DNA of 64,000 nucleotides from positions 54,889-118,888 of the forward strand of contig NZ_JBALTN010000011.1 in the NCBI RefSeq assembly GCF_036964565.1, given 5' to 3'. The notes below the pieces were generated by a model that was not told where the DNA came from, ran no database searches, and saw nothing but the letters and a program-made list of their open reading frames with translations. Positions 11,709 to 20,635 of the stretch are shown here, one piece after another; the stretch's first letter is position 1, and the number at the start of each line of letters is the position of its first letter. The stretch comes from Parasphingorhabdus sp. (lineage in GTDB: Bacteria; Pseudomonadota; Alphaproteobacteria; Sphingomonadales; Sphingomonadaceae). The position numbers were made by a program, and so were the translations under genes.

Positions 11709-12887
11709 ATGGACGAAGCCCGCGATCCCTCCGAACAAAATCACGCGCTGATCGTGGCGGCAGGCGCTGGCGCCCGGGCCGGACTGGACCGGCCGAAGCA
11801 GTTTGAGCCGGTCGGCGGCAAGCCGATGGTCCGGCACAGCGTCGAGCGGCTTGCCTCCCATCCCCGCATCGATCAGCTGTGGGTGGTCATCGCCGAGGGA
11901 CAGGAGGATGAGGCCAGGGCCGCCCTGCCCCGTCATCCGACGCTCAACCTTGTCACCGGCGGGGCGACCCGCCGGCAGTCGGTCCGCAACGGCCTCGAGG
12001 CGATCCGGCGGGCTGGCGGCGCCAGAAATATTCTAATCCACGACGCGGCGCGGCCCTTTCTTTCCCCGCAGGTGATCAGCCGGCTCCTCGACCGGCTCGA
12101 ATCCGCATCGGCCGCGATCCCGGTGCTGCCGAGCGTCGACACGATGGTGCAACTGGCGGATGATCATGTGGAGCGCACGGTTGACCGAACCAGTGTCTGG
12201 CGCGTGCAAACGCCGCAGGCGTTCGATTTTCACAAGCTGCTGGCGGCGCATGATGCCTTTCCCACCGATCTGGATGCCACGGACGATGCGCAGATATTCC
12301 GGGCCGCCGGTCATGTGGTGACGGTGGTCGAGGGCGACGAAGCCTTGAAAAAATACACGCTGCCAGCCGATTTTGGCGGAAAAGGACCGGATAAAATGCG
12401 CGAGATACGCACGGGGATGGGATTTGATGTGCACCGGCTTGCCGCGGGCGAGGAATTGTGGCTTGGCGGCGTGAAGATCGAACATGATGCGGGGCTTGTC
12501 GGGCACAGTGATGCCGATGTGCTGCTGCACGCGCTGACCGACGCCTTGCTCGGCGCTGCCGCAGCCGGTGATATTGGCGACCATTTCCCGCCGTCCGATC
12601 CCCAGTGGCGCGGCGTCGCTTCAGCCCGGTTTGCGGAATTTGCCGTCTCGCTCATCCGCGAGAAAGGTGGCGTGATCCATAATGTGGACATGACCGTGAT
12701 TTGCGAGGCACCCAAGATCAAACCGCATCGCGATGCGATCTGCGCAACCGTGGCCGATATTCTGGCGATCGATCTCGATCGGGTCAGCATCAAGGCCACG
12801 ACGACCGAGCGGCTTGGATTTGCCGGTCGCGGCGAAGGCATCGCGGCACAGGCCATAGCCACCATCTCTCTGGAGCAAGAACAATGA
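11709..12887 (+). CDS. ispDF: Bifunctional IspD/IspF (MEP cytidylyltransferase / MEcPP synthase)
   Basis: IspD N-terminal motif AAGAGARAG and IspF motif GHSDADVLLHAL. I chose the start at ATG 11709; the track start is 11673. Confidence 0.9.
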   Translation: MDEARDPSEQNHALIVAAGAGARAGLDRPKQFEPVGGKPMVRHSVERLASHPRIDQLWVVIAEGQEDEARAALPRHPTLNLVTGGATRRQSVRNGLEAIRRAGGARNILIHDAARPFLSPQVISRLLDRLESASAAIPVLPSVDTMVQLADDHVERTVDRTSVWRVQTPQAFDFHKLLAAHDAFPTDLDATDDAQIFRAAGHVVTVVEGDEALKKYTLPADFGGKGPDKMREIRTGMGFDVHRLAAGEELWLGGVKIEHDAGLVGHSDADVLLHALTDALLGAAAAGDIGDHFPPSDPQWRGVASARFAEFAVSLIREKGGVIHNVDMTVICEAPKIKPHRDAICATVADILAIDLDRVSIKATTTERLGFAGRGEGIAAQAIATISLEQEQ

Positions 12888-13402
12888 AAACCCATTTCGC
12901 CATCGGTCTCGCCATGATCGGCCTGACCCAGTCCGCCGTGGCCCAATCCGCCGAAACCGCAGCCTGTCTCAGCGTCGTCCAGGCCGAAGCGCTGGTCACC
13001 TATCTTCTGCCCAAGGCGATTGATGCCAGCCGCACGAAATGCGCGGCCAGCCTGACCGCGACGTCGCCGCTGATGGTCCAGAATTCCCGTCGCCTCAGCG
13101 AATACCGGGCGGCTTCCGACACGGCATGGCCGCAGGCGAAGCAGGCGGTCAACGTGCTGGCGGGTGAGAGACTTCCTGCCAACATGGACGACGCAATGCT
13201 GCGACCGATCGCCGACGCGATGTTCACGCAGCTGATAGGCAATGAGATCAAGCCCAAGGATTGCTCGGTGATCGACAAGATATACGGCGATCTCGAACCG
13301 ATGCCCTCATCCAATGTGGCGAGCCTGTTGGTGACGATCGTCCAGGTTGCGGCGAAAGACGGCAAGAAGCAGAATATTCCCGTTTGCAAAGCACCAGCCT
13401 GA
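12884..13402 (+). CDS. Hypothetical secreted protein
   Basis: ATG 12884 overlaps the ispDF stop (ATGA). It has a signal peptide, MKTHFAIGLAMIGLTQSAVAQ. I recognise no family. Confidence 0.5.
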   Translation: MKTHFAIGLAMIGLTQSAVAQSAETAACLSVVQAEALVTYLLPKAIDASRTKCAASLTATSPLMVQNSRRLSEYRAASDTAWPQAKQAVNVLAGERLPANMDDAMLRPIADAMFTQLIGNEIKPKDCSVIDKIYGDLEPMPSSNVASLLVTIVQVAAKDGKKQNIPVCKAPA

Positions 13403-13421
13403 TACGCTAACGCGCGGGTCT

Positions 13422-13937
13422 ATGGAAAATCTCCTGCCCCGTGAAATCGTCGATCTGGCTGCAAAGGTGATCGAGAGGAATCGCGCCGCCGGCCGCCGGA
13501 TCACCGTTGCCGAAAGCTGCACCGGCGGGCTGGTCGCAGCGGCGCTGACCGAGGTTGCCGGCAGCAGCGATGTGTTCGATTGCGGCTTTGCCACCTATTC
13601 AAACGGCGCCAAGCAGAGCCTGCTCGGGGTCAGTGGCGACGTGCTGGAGACATTCGGCGCGGTATCGATCGCGGTGGCCTGGGAAATGGCCCAAGGCGCG
13701 CTGGCCAAATCCGGCTGCGATGTCGCGGTGGCGGTCACCGGTGTCGCCGGACCGGGCGGCGGAAGCGAAAAGAAGCCGGTCGGAACCGTGGTTTTTGCCA
13801 AGGCAGAAAAGAACAAGAGCGCCGAAGATGTGGTTGCCGACCGCAAGGTTTTCGGCGAGGACAAGAGCCGGGCCGAGATCCGCTATCAGGCGGTGCTGGT
13901 CGCGCTGGAATTGCTGCTGCCCGAGGACAGCGAGTAG
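13422..13937 (+). CDS. CinA-family nicotinamide-nucleotide amidohydrolase (PncC-like)
   Basis: 171 aa with the motif TVAESCTGG and a VTGVAGPGGG region typical of the CinA C-terminal domain. Confidence 0.8.
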   Translation: MENLLPREIVDLAAKVIERNRAAGRRITVAESCTGGLVAAALTEVAGSSDVFDCGFATYSNGAKQSLLGVSGDVLETFGAVSIAVAWEMAQGALAKSGCDVAVAVTGVAGPGGGSEKKPVGTVVFAKAEKNKSAEDVVADRKVFGEDKSRAEIRYQAVLVALELLLPEDSE

Positions 13938-14371
13938 CTGGTTCCGTAGATTTCCTCGGCGCGATCCACGAAGGCGCTGGTCATCTTGTGCAGCGCCTTG
14001 GCAAACATCTGGCCGGCCAGTTTTTCGAACATGCGGTTCTTGAACGTGAATTCGACGTAGAAATCGACATGACAGCCGCCGCCATCGCGGGCGCGGAAGC
14101 GCCATTCGTTGTGCAGCTGCTTGAGCGGGCCGTCGAGATAGTCGACGTCGATCGACTGGTCCTGCACCTTGAGGACGCGGGAGGAAAATTGCTCCCTCAA
14201 TCCCTTGAAGCCGACCAGAACGTCGGCCAGCATCTCGGTTTCGCTGTCCGAGCGAACCCGCGTGCCGACCACCCAGGGCAGAAATTCCTGGTAGCGACCG
14301 ACATCGGCCACCAGCGCGAACATCTGCGCAGCGCTGTACGGGAGGTCCCGGGTTTCCCTATGAACCGGCAT
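13886..14371 (-). CDS. SRPBCC/START-fold protein (RatA / COQ10-like)
   Basis: 161 aa. The N-terminus ([26 protein letters not shown]) is characteristic of the RatA/Coq10 family. It lies next to lipA. Confidence 0.75.
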   Translation of the reverse strand: MPVHRETRDLPYSAAQMFALVADVGRYQEFLPWVVGTRVRSDSETEMLADVLVGFKGLREQFSSRVLKVQDQSIDVDYLDGPLKQLHNEWRFRARDGGGCHVDFYVEFTFKNRMFEKLAGQMFAKALHKMTSAFVDRAEEIYGTSYSLSSGSSNSSATSTA

Positions 14372-15311
14372 TCAGGGCACCCGAACGCGCCAGCTTTTCT
14401 TCGCGCGCCTGCCGCATTTTCGCGAAATCCTCGCCGGCATGATAGCTGGAACGGGTCAGCGGACTCGACGCGACCAGCAGAAAGCCTTTTGCCCGGGCGA
14501 CCGAAGCATAGGCGTCAAAGGCCTGCGGCTTGACGAATTCGTCGACCTTCACATGCTTGGTCGTGGGTTGCAGATATTGGCCCATGGTCAGGAAATCGAC
14601 GTCGGCGCTGCGCATGTCGTCCATCACCTGATGCACTTCCAGGCGCTGTTCGCTGAGGCCGAGCATGATGCCGGACTTGGTGAAGATCGACGGATCCAGA
14701 CGCTTGACCTGTTCGAGCAGGCGCAGCGAGGCATAATAGCGCGCGCCGGGACGAATCGTCGGGTAGAGCCGGGGCACCGTTTCCAGATTATGATTGTAGA
14801 CGTCCGGGCGCGCCGCAACGATCGCCTCGACCGCCGCTTCCGTCTTGTTGCGGAAATCGGGGGTCAGGATCTCGATCGTGGTGTTCGGGGTGGTACGACG
14901 CAGCGCCTCAATCACCTTGACGAACTGGCTGGCCCCGCCATCGGCGAGATCATCGCGGTCGACCGAGGTTATCACGATATGCTCCAGCCCCAGCTTGGCG
15001 GCGGCGTCGGCCGTATGCTGCGGTTCCAGCGGATCGACGGGCATCGGCATGCCGGTCTTGACGTTGCAGAAGGCGCAGGCCCGGGTGCAGACGTCGCCGA
15101 GAATCATCACCGTGGCGTGTTTCTTGGTCCAGCATTCGCCGATGTTCGGACAGGCGGCTTCCTCGCACACGGTGTTGAGCTTGTGTTCGCGCATCAGGGC
15201 GCGGGTTTTTTCAAACTCGGTCCCCATTGGCGCCTTGACCCGGATCCAGTCCGGCTTGCGCAGGCGTTCGGGTGGGCTGTCGGGCGGTGCAATTCTGGTG
15301 ATTTCGTTCAT
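14358..15311 (-). CDS. lipA: Lipoyl synthase
   Basis: Radical-SAM CxxxCxxC motif (CTRACAFC) plus an N-terminal Cys cluster ([12 protein letters not shown]). I chose the start at ATG 15311. Confidence 0.9.
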   Translation of the reverse strand: MNEITRIAPPDSPPERLRKPDWIRVKAPMGTEFEKTRALMREHKLNTVCEEAACPNIGECWTKKHATVMILGDVCTRACAFCNVKTGMPMPVDPLEPQHTADAAAKLGLEHIVITSVDRDDLADGGASQFVKVIEALRRTTPNTTIEILTPDFRNKTEAAVEAIVAARPDVYNHNLETVPRLYPTIRPGARYYASLRLLEQVKRLDPSIFTKSGIMLGLSEQRLEVHQVMDDMRSADVDFLTMGQYLQPTTKHVKVDEFVKPQAFDAYASVARAKGFLLVASSPLTRSSYHAGEDFAKMRQAREEKLARSGALNAGS

Positions 15312-15375
15312 GCCTGCCAAATAGGGTAAGAAAACCACTCTTGCCACCCCCAAAGTCGATGATAAGAACGCAAGC

Positions 15376-16017
15376 ATGACAAAATTCTCCGACCTGCTCG
15401 ACGGCTATCGCCGCTTCCGTTCCTCCCAGTGGCAGACCCAGCGCGCGCGCTGGGACGAACTGAAGGAAGGCCAGAGTCCCAAGGTGATGATCATCGCCTG
15501 CAGTGACAGCCGCGTCGATCCGACGCAGATTTTTGATACCAACCCCGGCGAGACCTTCATCGTCCGCAACGTGGCGGCGCTGGTGCCGCCGTTCGAGACG
15601 ACGCCAGGCCAGCATGGCGTCTCGGCGGCGCTGGAATTTGCCGTCCAGTTTCTCAAGGTCGACGAGGTCGTCGTCATGGGCCATGGCAGTTGCGGCGGTT
15701 GCCAGGCGGCGCTGTCCGAGCAGATGAAGGACATGCCGCACGGCAAGGGCGGCTTTATCGCCGACTGGATCACCCTGCTCGACGATGCCCGCGCCAAGGT
15801 CGCGCACGACCATGGCGACCTGAGCGGTCCCGCGGCGCAACTGGCGATGGAACATGAAGGCGTCCGCACCAGCCTGGCCAATCTGCGAACCTTCCCGTGC
15901 ATTCAGGAAAAGGAAGCCAGTGGCTCGATTCGCCTGATCGGGGCCTGGTTCGCGATTGCCGAGGGCCGGCTGCACGTGCTTGACGAGGCCACCGATGCCT
16001 TTTCCGTCGTGGAGTGA
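15376..16017 (+). CDS. Beta-class carbonic anhydrase
   Basis: 213 aa with the zinc ligand motifs CSDSR and HGSCGG. Confidence 0.85.
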   Translation: MTKFSDLLDGYRRFRSSQWQTQRARWDELKEGQSPKVMIIACSDSRVDPTQIFDTNPGETFIVRNVAALVPPFETTPGQHGVSAALEFAVQFLKVDEVVVMGHGSCGGCQAALSEQMKDMPHGKGGFIADWITLLDDARAKVAHDHGDLSGPAAQLAMEHEGVRTSLANLRTFPCIQEKEASGSIRLIGAWFAIAEGRLHVLDEATDAFSVVE

Positions 16018-16640
16018 CCGGAATCACGGACGATCCTTTTTTCAATGACTTGAATCTTTCTCTTGAGGAAGCATGGAAATTGTTGCGCGAGGGGGCGAGC
16101 GACCGCCATTCGCCGCTGCACACCCCTTCGGTCGCAACCGTGACCGGCGACGGCGTCCCGAGCCAGCGGGTGATGGTGATGCGTGCGGTCGATCAGCCCG
16201 GCCGCCTCCTGCGGTTCAACTGCGATTCGCGCGGTTCCAAAGTCGCCGAAATATCCCGGAAACCGGCCGTGTCCGTGCTCGGCTATCACCCGCAAGCCAA
16301 GGTCCAGCTCCGCCTGTCGGGGACAGGCCGGATCCAGTCGTCGGGGCCCGAGGCGGATTCGGCCTGGGAGCAGGCCTCGCTCTATGGCCAGCGCTGCTAT
16401 CTCGCCGACCCGGCCCCGGGCAGTCCGGTGGCGGCGCCGACCTCGGGCCTTGATCCCGCCATGGAAGGCGTGAAGCCGACTCCGGAGCAGGTTGCCCCTG
16501 CCCGTACCCATTTTGCCATATTGCAGATCGCTGTGGACAAGATCGAATGGCTCTATCTCGCCCATAGCGGACACAGGCGGGCGCTGTTCGAATGGAACGG
16601 GACCGCGAATCACTGGCACGGGCGCTGGCTGGTCCCCTAG
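16014..16640 (+). CDS. Pyridoxamine 5'-phosphate oxidase-like FMN-binding protein
   Basis: 208 aa. The GTG start overlaps the carbonic anhydrase stop. It looks like a PNPOx-like split-barrel sequence. The assignment is by resemblance only. Confidence 0.6.
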   Translation: MTGITDDPFFNDLNLSLEEAWKLLREGASDRHSPLHTPSVATVTGDGVPSQRVMVMRAVDQPGRLLRFNCDSRGSKVAEISRKPAVSVLGYHPQAKVQLRLSGTGRIQSSGPEADSAWEQASLYGQRCYLADPAPGSPVAAPTSGLDPAMEGVKPTPEQVAPARTHFAILQIAVDKIEWLYLAHSGHRRALFEWNGTANHWHGRWLVP

Positions 16641-16725
16641 CGCGCCTGGCGGCGACCGGGTCACCGTCGTGCGCGGCGCGCGATTTCCGCTTGAACACCT
16701 TCCGCTGTCGGTCCATCTACGCGCG

Positions 16726-17487
16726 ATGAACCAGAATAATGACAATATCGCCCTGCTGATCGATTCCGACAATGCCAGCCACAACGGGATCGACCCGGTG
16801 CTGACCGCGCTGGCCGAACTCGGCACCGTCAATATCCGCCGCGCCTATGGCAACTGGCGCAAGCAGTCGCTGAAGGGCTGGGTCGACATCCTGCACAAAT
16901 ATGGCATCGAGCCGCAGCAGCAGTTCGACCTGACCAAGGGCAAGAATGCCACCGACATGAAGATGACGATCGACGCCATGGACCTGCTGTTCCGGGGCAA
17001 TGTCGGCGGCTTCGGCATCATGTCGAGCGACAGCGACTTCATGCCGCTGGCGATGCGGATCCGGCAGGAGGGCCTGCCGGTCTACGGCTTTGGCAGCGCC
17101 AAGACGCCGGAAGGATTCAAGCAGGCGTGCAGCCGCTTCATCGACGTCGACGCGCTGATCCAGGCGGACAAGCGCAACCGCGGCGGCGGCAAGAGTGACG
17201 TCAAGGCGGCATCCCGGCCGGAAAGTTCCGGCAACGGCAATGGCGACAGCCGCGGCAAGGTCGACGACGAACTGCTCAACCTGCTGATCGACGCCTATCA
17301 GGCGACGAAACGCGACGCGGAGGGCTATGCCAGCCTCAGCGAGGTCGGCAAGATCGCCGGCAACCGGTCGAGCTTCGATGTCCGCAACTATGGTTTCTCC
17401 CGGCTGTCCGAGATGTTCGAGACGGTGCCGAATTTCCAGACCAAGCGCGACGACCACGGGCATCTGTTCGTGAAGCGGTTGCGGTAG
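16726..17487 (+). CDS. NYN-domain (LabA-like) protein with C-terminal OST-HTH/LOTUS-like domain
   Basis: 253 aa starting at ATG 16726. The N-terminus reads IALLIDSDNAS...YGNW...SSDSDF (NYN/PIN-like acidic residues). A Gly/Ser linker follows, then a helical C-terminal domain. Confidence 0.7.
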   Translation: MNQNNDNIALLIDSDNASHNGIDPVLTALAELGTVNIRRAYGNWRKQSLKGWVDILHKYGIEPQQQFDLTKGKNATDMKMTIDAMDLLFRGNVGGFGIMSSDSDFMPLAMRIRQEGLPVYGFGSAKTPEGFKQACSRFIDVDALIQADKRNRGGGKSDVKAASRPESSGNGNGDSRGKVDDELLNLLIDAYQATKRDAEGYASLSEVGKIAGNRSSFDVRNYGFSRLSEMFETVPNFQTKRDDHGHLFVKRLR

Positions 17488-17545
17488 GTTTTTTCTTCTC
17501 CCGTGCGGGAGCCTGGATTGAAGAAGCAGCGTTCCATCGTTCGAG

Positions 17546-17708
17546 CCTTCTCCCTTGAGGGAGAAGGACGCGCAGACTTGGCAGCTTGCTGCCTGGTCGT
17601 AGCTGGATGAGGGTGTCCTGTGCTTCGGGGTGCGGAACACCCTCATCCAAGCGCGGCTAATTCGCTACGCTCATAAGCCTCCCTATCCTTCTCCCTCACG
17701 GGAGAAGG
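17546..17708 (+). repeat. Copy A of an intergenic element of about 165-190 bp with hairpins at both ends
   Basis: Starts CCTTCTCCCttgaGGGAGAAGG and ends CCTTCTCCCtcacGGGAGAAGG. Internal hairpins are GGCAGcttgCTGCC and GATGAGGGTG...CACCCTCATC. It is about 80% identical by eye to copies at 19914 and 20438. Confidence 0.8.
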
Positions 17709-17733
17709 GGCATGCGGCAACATCACAGCTCTG

Positions 17734-17815
17734 CGTCATTGCGAGCGCAGCGAAGCAATCCAGGGCGGCGAGCGACGCTCTGGATTGCCGCGTCGCTTCG
17801 CTCCTCGCAATGACG
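17734..17815. repeat. Long imperfect palindrome (second repeat type)
   Basis: Arms are CGTCATTGCGAGCGCAGCGAAGCAATCCAG and CTGGATTGCCGCGTCGCTTCGCTCCTCGCAATGACG, around a spacer of about 16 nt. Confidence 0.65.
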
Positions 17816-17923
17816 GCGGAAAACGGTGCCTCCCCTTTCATTGCTGCCGAGCGCAGGTCGTTCGATTTTCCTGTCAGAAAACGCAAAAGGTGACTCGCGC
17901 GCCAAAATCGCTATGTATGCCGG

Positions 17924-19399
17924 ATGCAGACCGGAGCCCTGATTTCACTCGCCCTTTATTTCATCCTGATGCTGGCCATCGGCTTTTACGCCTGGCGCAA
18001 GTCGACCGACAGCAGCGAAGGCTATCTTCTGGGGGGCAGGAACCTCCATCCGGCGGTGGCGGCGCTGTCCGCCGGCGCTTCCGACATGTCGGGCTGGCTG
18101 CTGCTCGGCCTGCCGGGCGCGCTCTATGCGGCGGGGCTGGTCGAGGTGTGGATCGGGATCGGGCTGTTTCTCGGCGCGCTGGTCAACTGGATCGTGGTGG
18201 CGCCGCGGCTGCGCGAGCAGACCGAACGGATGGGCAACGCGCTGACCATCCCGCAATTTCTGGCCAACCGCTTTCCCGACCGGGCGCTGGCGCTGCGGGT
18301 GACCTCGGCGATCATCATCGTCCTGTTCTTCGCGGTCTATACCGCGGCCGGCCTGGTCGGCGGCGGCAAATTGTTCGAGACCAGCTTTGCCGGGCTGTTC
18401 GGCGATACCGGGATGAGCGACTATATGACCGGCATCTGGATGACCGCGGGTGTGGTTCTGGCCTATACGATGGTTGGCGGGTTTCTGGCCGTCAGCCTGA
18501 CCGACTTTGTCCAGGGCTGCATCATGGTGGTGGCGCTGGTGCTGATGCCGATCGTGGTGCTGACCGACGACGGCGGGGCAAGCGCGGTGGCGGCGACGCT
18601 GGCCGCGGTCGATCCCGATTTTCTCAGCCTGACCGCGGGGATGTCGGCGATCGGCTTTCTGTCCGCGATCACCTGGGGGCTCGGCTATTTCGGGCAGCCG
18701 CACATTATCGTCCGGTTCATGGCGATCCGCTCGGTACCGCAGGTGGCGACGGCGCGCAATATCGGGATGAGCTGGATGGGCGTGGCGCTGCTCGGGGCGA
18801 TCGGCGTCGGCATCACCGGCCGCGCCTATGTCGAGCGCAACGGGCCGGTGCTCGAGGATCCGGAGACGATCTTCATCCTGCTCGCCAATGCATTGTTCCA
18901 TCCGCTGATCACCGGATTTCTGCTGGCGGCGCTGCTGGCCGCGATCATGAGCACGATCAGCTCGCAGTTGCTGGTCTCGTCGAGCTCGCTGACCGAGGAT
19001 TTCTACCGGCTGTTCCTGCGCAAGCAGGCGAGCGAGCGGGAGCTGGTTAATGTCGGGCGGGTCGCCGTCGGTCTGGTGGCGCTGGTCGCGATCTATATCG
19101 CGCGCGATCCGGACAGCCAGGTGCTGGGGCTGGTGAGCAACGCCTGGGCCGGCTTTGGCGCCGCCTTCGGGCCGCTGATCCTGCTGTCGCTGACCTGGCC
19201 GCGGATGACCGGCACCGGCGCGGTCGCCGGGCTGGTGACCGGGGCCGGCGTGGTGATATTCTGGATTACGATGGGCTGGAACAGCAGCTTCCTGGGCGGG
19301 CCCGGGGTCTACGAGATCATTCCGGGCTTCATCGCGGCGATGGCCGCGATTGTCGGGGTCAGCCTGGCGGGCAAGGAATCGCCGACCTACCAGGCCTGA
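17924..19399 (+). CDS. putP: Sodium/proline symporter
   Basis: 491 aa polytopic SSS-family transporter with a PutP-like sequence throughout. Confidence 0.85.
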   Translation: MQTGALISLALYFILMLAIGFYAWRKSTDSSEGYLLGGRNLHPAVAALSAGASDMSGWLLLGLPGALYAAGLVEVWIGIGLFLGALVNWIVVAPRLREQTERMGNALTIPQFLANRFPDRALALRVTSAIIIVLFFAVYTAAGLVGGGKLFETSFAGLFGDTGMSDYMTGIWMTAGVVLAYTMVGGFLAVSLTDFVQGCIMVVALVLMPIVVLTDDGGASAVAATLAAVDPDFLSLTAGMSAIGFLSAITWGLGYFGQPHIIVRFMAIRSVPQVATARNIGMSWMGVALLGAIGVGITGRAYVERNGPVLEDPETIFILLANALFHPLITGFLLAALLAAIMSTISSQLLVSSSSLTEDFYRLFLRKQASERELVNVGRVAVGLVALVAIYIARDPDSQVLGLVSNAWAGFGAAFGPLILLSLTWPRMTGTGAVAGLVTGAGVVIFWITMGWNSSFLGGPGVYEIIPGFIAAMAAIVGVSLAGKESPTYQA

Positions 19400-19414
19400 T
19401 CCGCCCCGGCGCCT

Positions 19415-19810
19415 TCAGTCCTCGACGCTGTCCTCGATCGCGTGCATGTCGGCATCGCTGAGCCCGAAATGATGGCCGACCTCGTGGATCACGACATGGC
19501 GGATCAGTGCGTCGAGCGTGACGCCGGTCTGCGCCATCTCGGCGAGCAGCGGCCGGCGGTAGAGCGTGATCGTGTCCCCCTCCCCGCTCGGCGGCGCCCA
19601 TTGCGATTTTTCCCCGATCGGTATGCCCTGATAGAGGCCGGTCAATTGATAGGGACTGGTCATTTCGAAATGGTCCAGGATCTCCAGCGCCGGCCAGTCC
19701 TCGATCCGCAGCACGATGTCGCCGAGATGCCCGGCGAACGGCGCCGGGATGGTTTCAAACACGCGCCGGGCGATGGTTTCGAAATCGGTGATGGTGGGTG
19801 GGTTGGTCAT
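19415..19810 (-). CDS. Small zinc metallopeptidase-like protein
   Basis: 131 aa from ATG 19810, with an HEVGHHFG zincin motif near the C-terminus. Confidence 0.7.
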   Translation of the reverse strand: MTNPPTITDFETIARRVFETIPAPFAGHLGDIVLRIEDWPALEILDHFEMTSPYQLTGLYQGIPIGEKSQWAPPSGEGDTITLYRRPLLAEMAQTGVTLDALIRHVVIHEVGHHFGLSDADMHAIEDSVED

Positions 19811-19913
19811 GGTCCTGATATAGGGGTTGTGCTGCTCCGGGAAAAGGGCGGGTTTGGCCTCTTGGAAGCTTGATAGCATCGGACTCTGATCCGAGAAATT
19901 ATTGCACCCCTGT

Positions 19914-20075
19914 CCTTCTCCCCTGAGGGAGAAGGATGCGAAGACTTGGCAATTTATTGCCTAGTCGCAGCTGGATGAGGGTGTTCTGCGCTTCAGAGTT
20001 CAGAACACCCTCATCCAACGCCGCCTAATCGCTAAAGCGATAAGGCTCTGTATCCTTCTCCCTCACGGGAGAAGG
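19914..20075 (+). repeat. Copy B of the hairpin-terminated element
   Basis: Same architecture and orientation as copy A. It ends 14 bp before the DUF559 start codon. Confidence 0.8.
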
Positions 20076-20089
20076 CGAAGGAGGGAGCA

Positions 20090-20437
20090 GTGGGAGAAAA
20101 ACGGCTGACCCAGCGAGCCCGCACTCTGCGCCGTGATATGACCGAGGCCGAGCGTGTGCTCTGGTCCCGTCTGCGCAACCGGCAGCTGGAAAATGTGAAA
20201 TTCCTCAAACAATTTCCCATTGGCTCTTATGTCGCCGACTTTGCCGCGCGGAGTCTCAGGTTGATTATCGAACTCGATGGCGGGCAGCATAGTGAGGCCA
20301 AGGATGCCACCCGCACCCGGGTCATCGAGGAGCACGGCTATCGGGTCATCCGGTTCTGGAACAATGAAGTGATGGAGAATATCGACGGCGTGCTGGAAGT
20401 TATGATCCGGGAAATAAGAATAGCTCGCGGTGAATAG
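20090..20437 (+). CDS. DUF559 / Vsr-like endonuclease-domain protein
   Basis: 115 aa. Characteristic DUF559 features are RARTLRRDMTEAERVLWSRLRNRQ, IELDGGQH and IRFWNNEV. The start is GTG. Confidence 0.8.
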   Translation: MGEKRLTQRARTLRRDMTEAERVLWSRLRNRQLENVKFLKQFPIGSYVADFAARSLRLIIELDGGQHSEAKDATRTRVIEEHGYRVIRFWNNEVMENIDGVLEVMIREIRIARGE

Positions 20438-20629
20438 CCCCTCTCCCTCAAGGGAGAGGGTTGCGCAGACTTGGCAGCTTGCTGCCTAGTCGCAGCTGGG
20501 TGAGGGTTTACTGCTGCTAAGGATGCGCGCCAAACTACGCTCAGAACACCCTCATCCAACTCCGGCTAATGCCCCCGGACCAAGTCCGGGGTCATAAGCC
20601 TGCGTATCCTTCTCCCTCACGGGAGAAGG
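20438..20629 (+). repeat. Copy C of the hairpin-terminated element (longer central segment)
   Basis: Begins at the base after the DUF559 stop codon (TAG 20435-20437). It has the same terminal hairpins and the same GGCAGCTTGCTGCC and CACCCTCATCCAAC blocks. Confidence 0.8.
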
Positions 20630-20635
20630 AGCGTA

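Noticed and set aside
13886-13937. A 52-bp convergent overlap between the 3' ends of the CinA-like and SRPBCC genes
   Set aside because: It is probably just a Ser-rich, low-complexity C-terminal tail of the SRPBCC ORF that runs on until the first stop codon. There is no evidence of functional antisense coupling.
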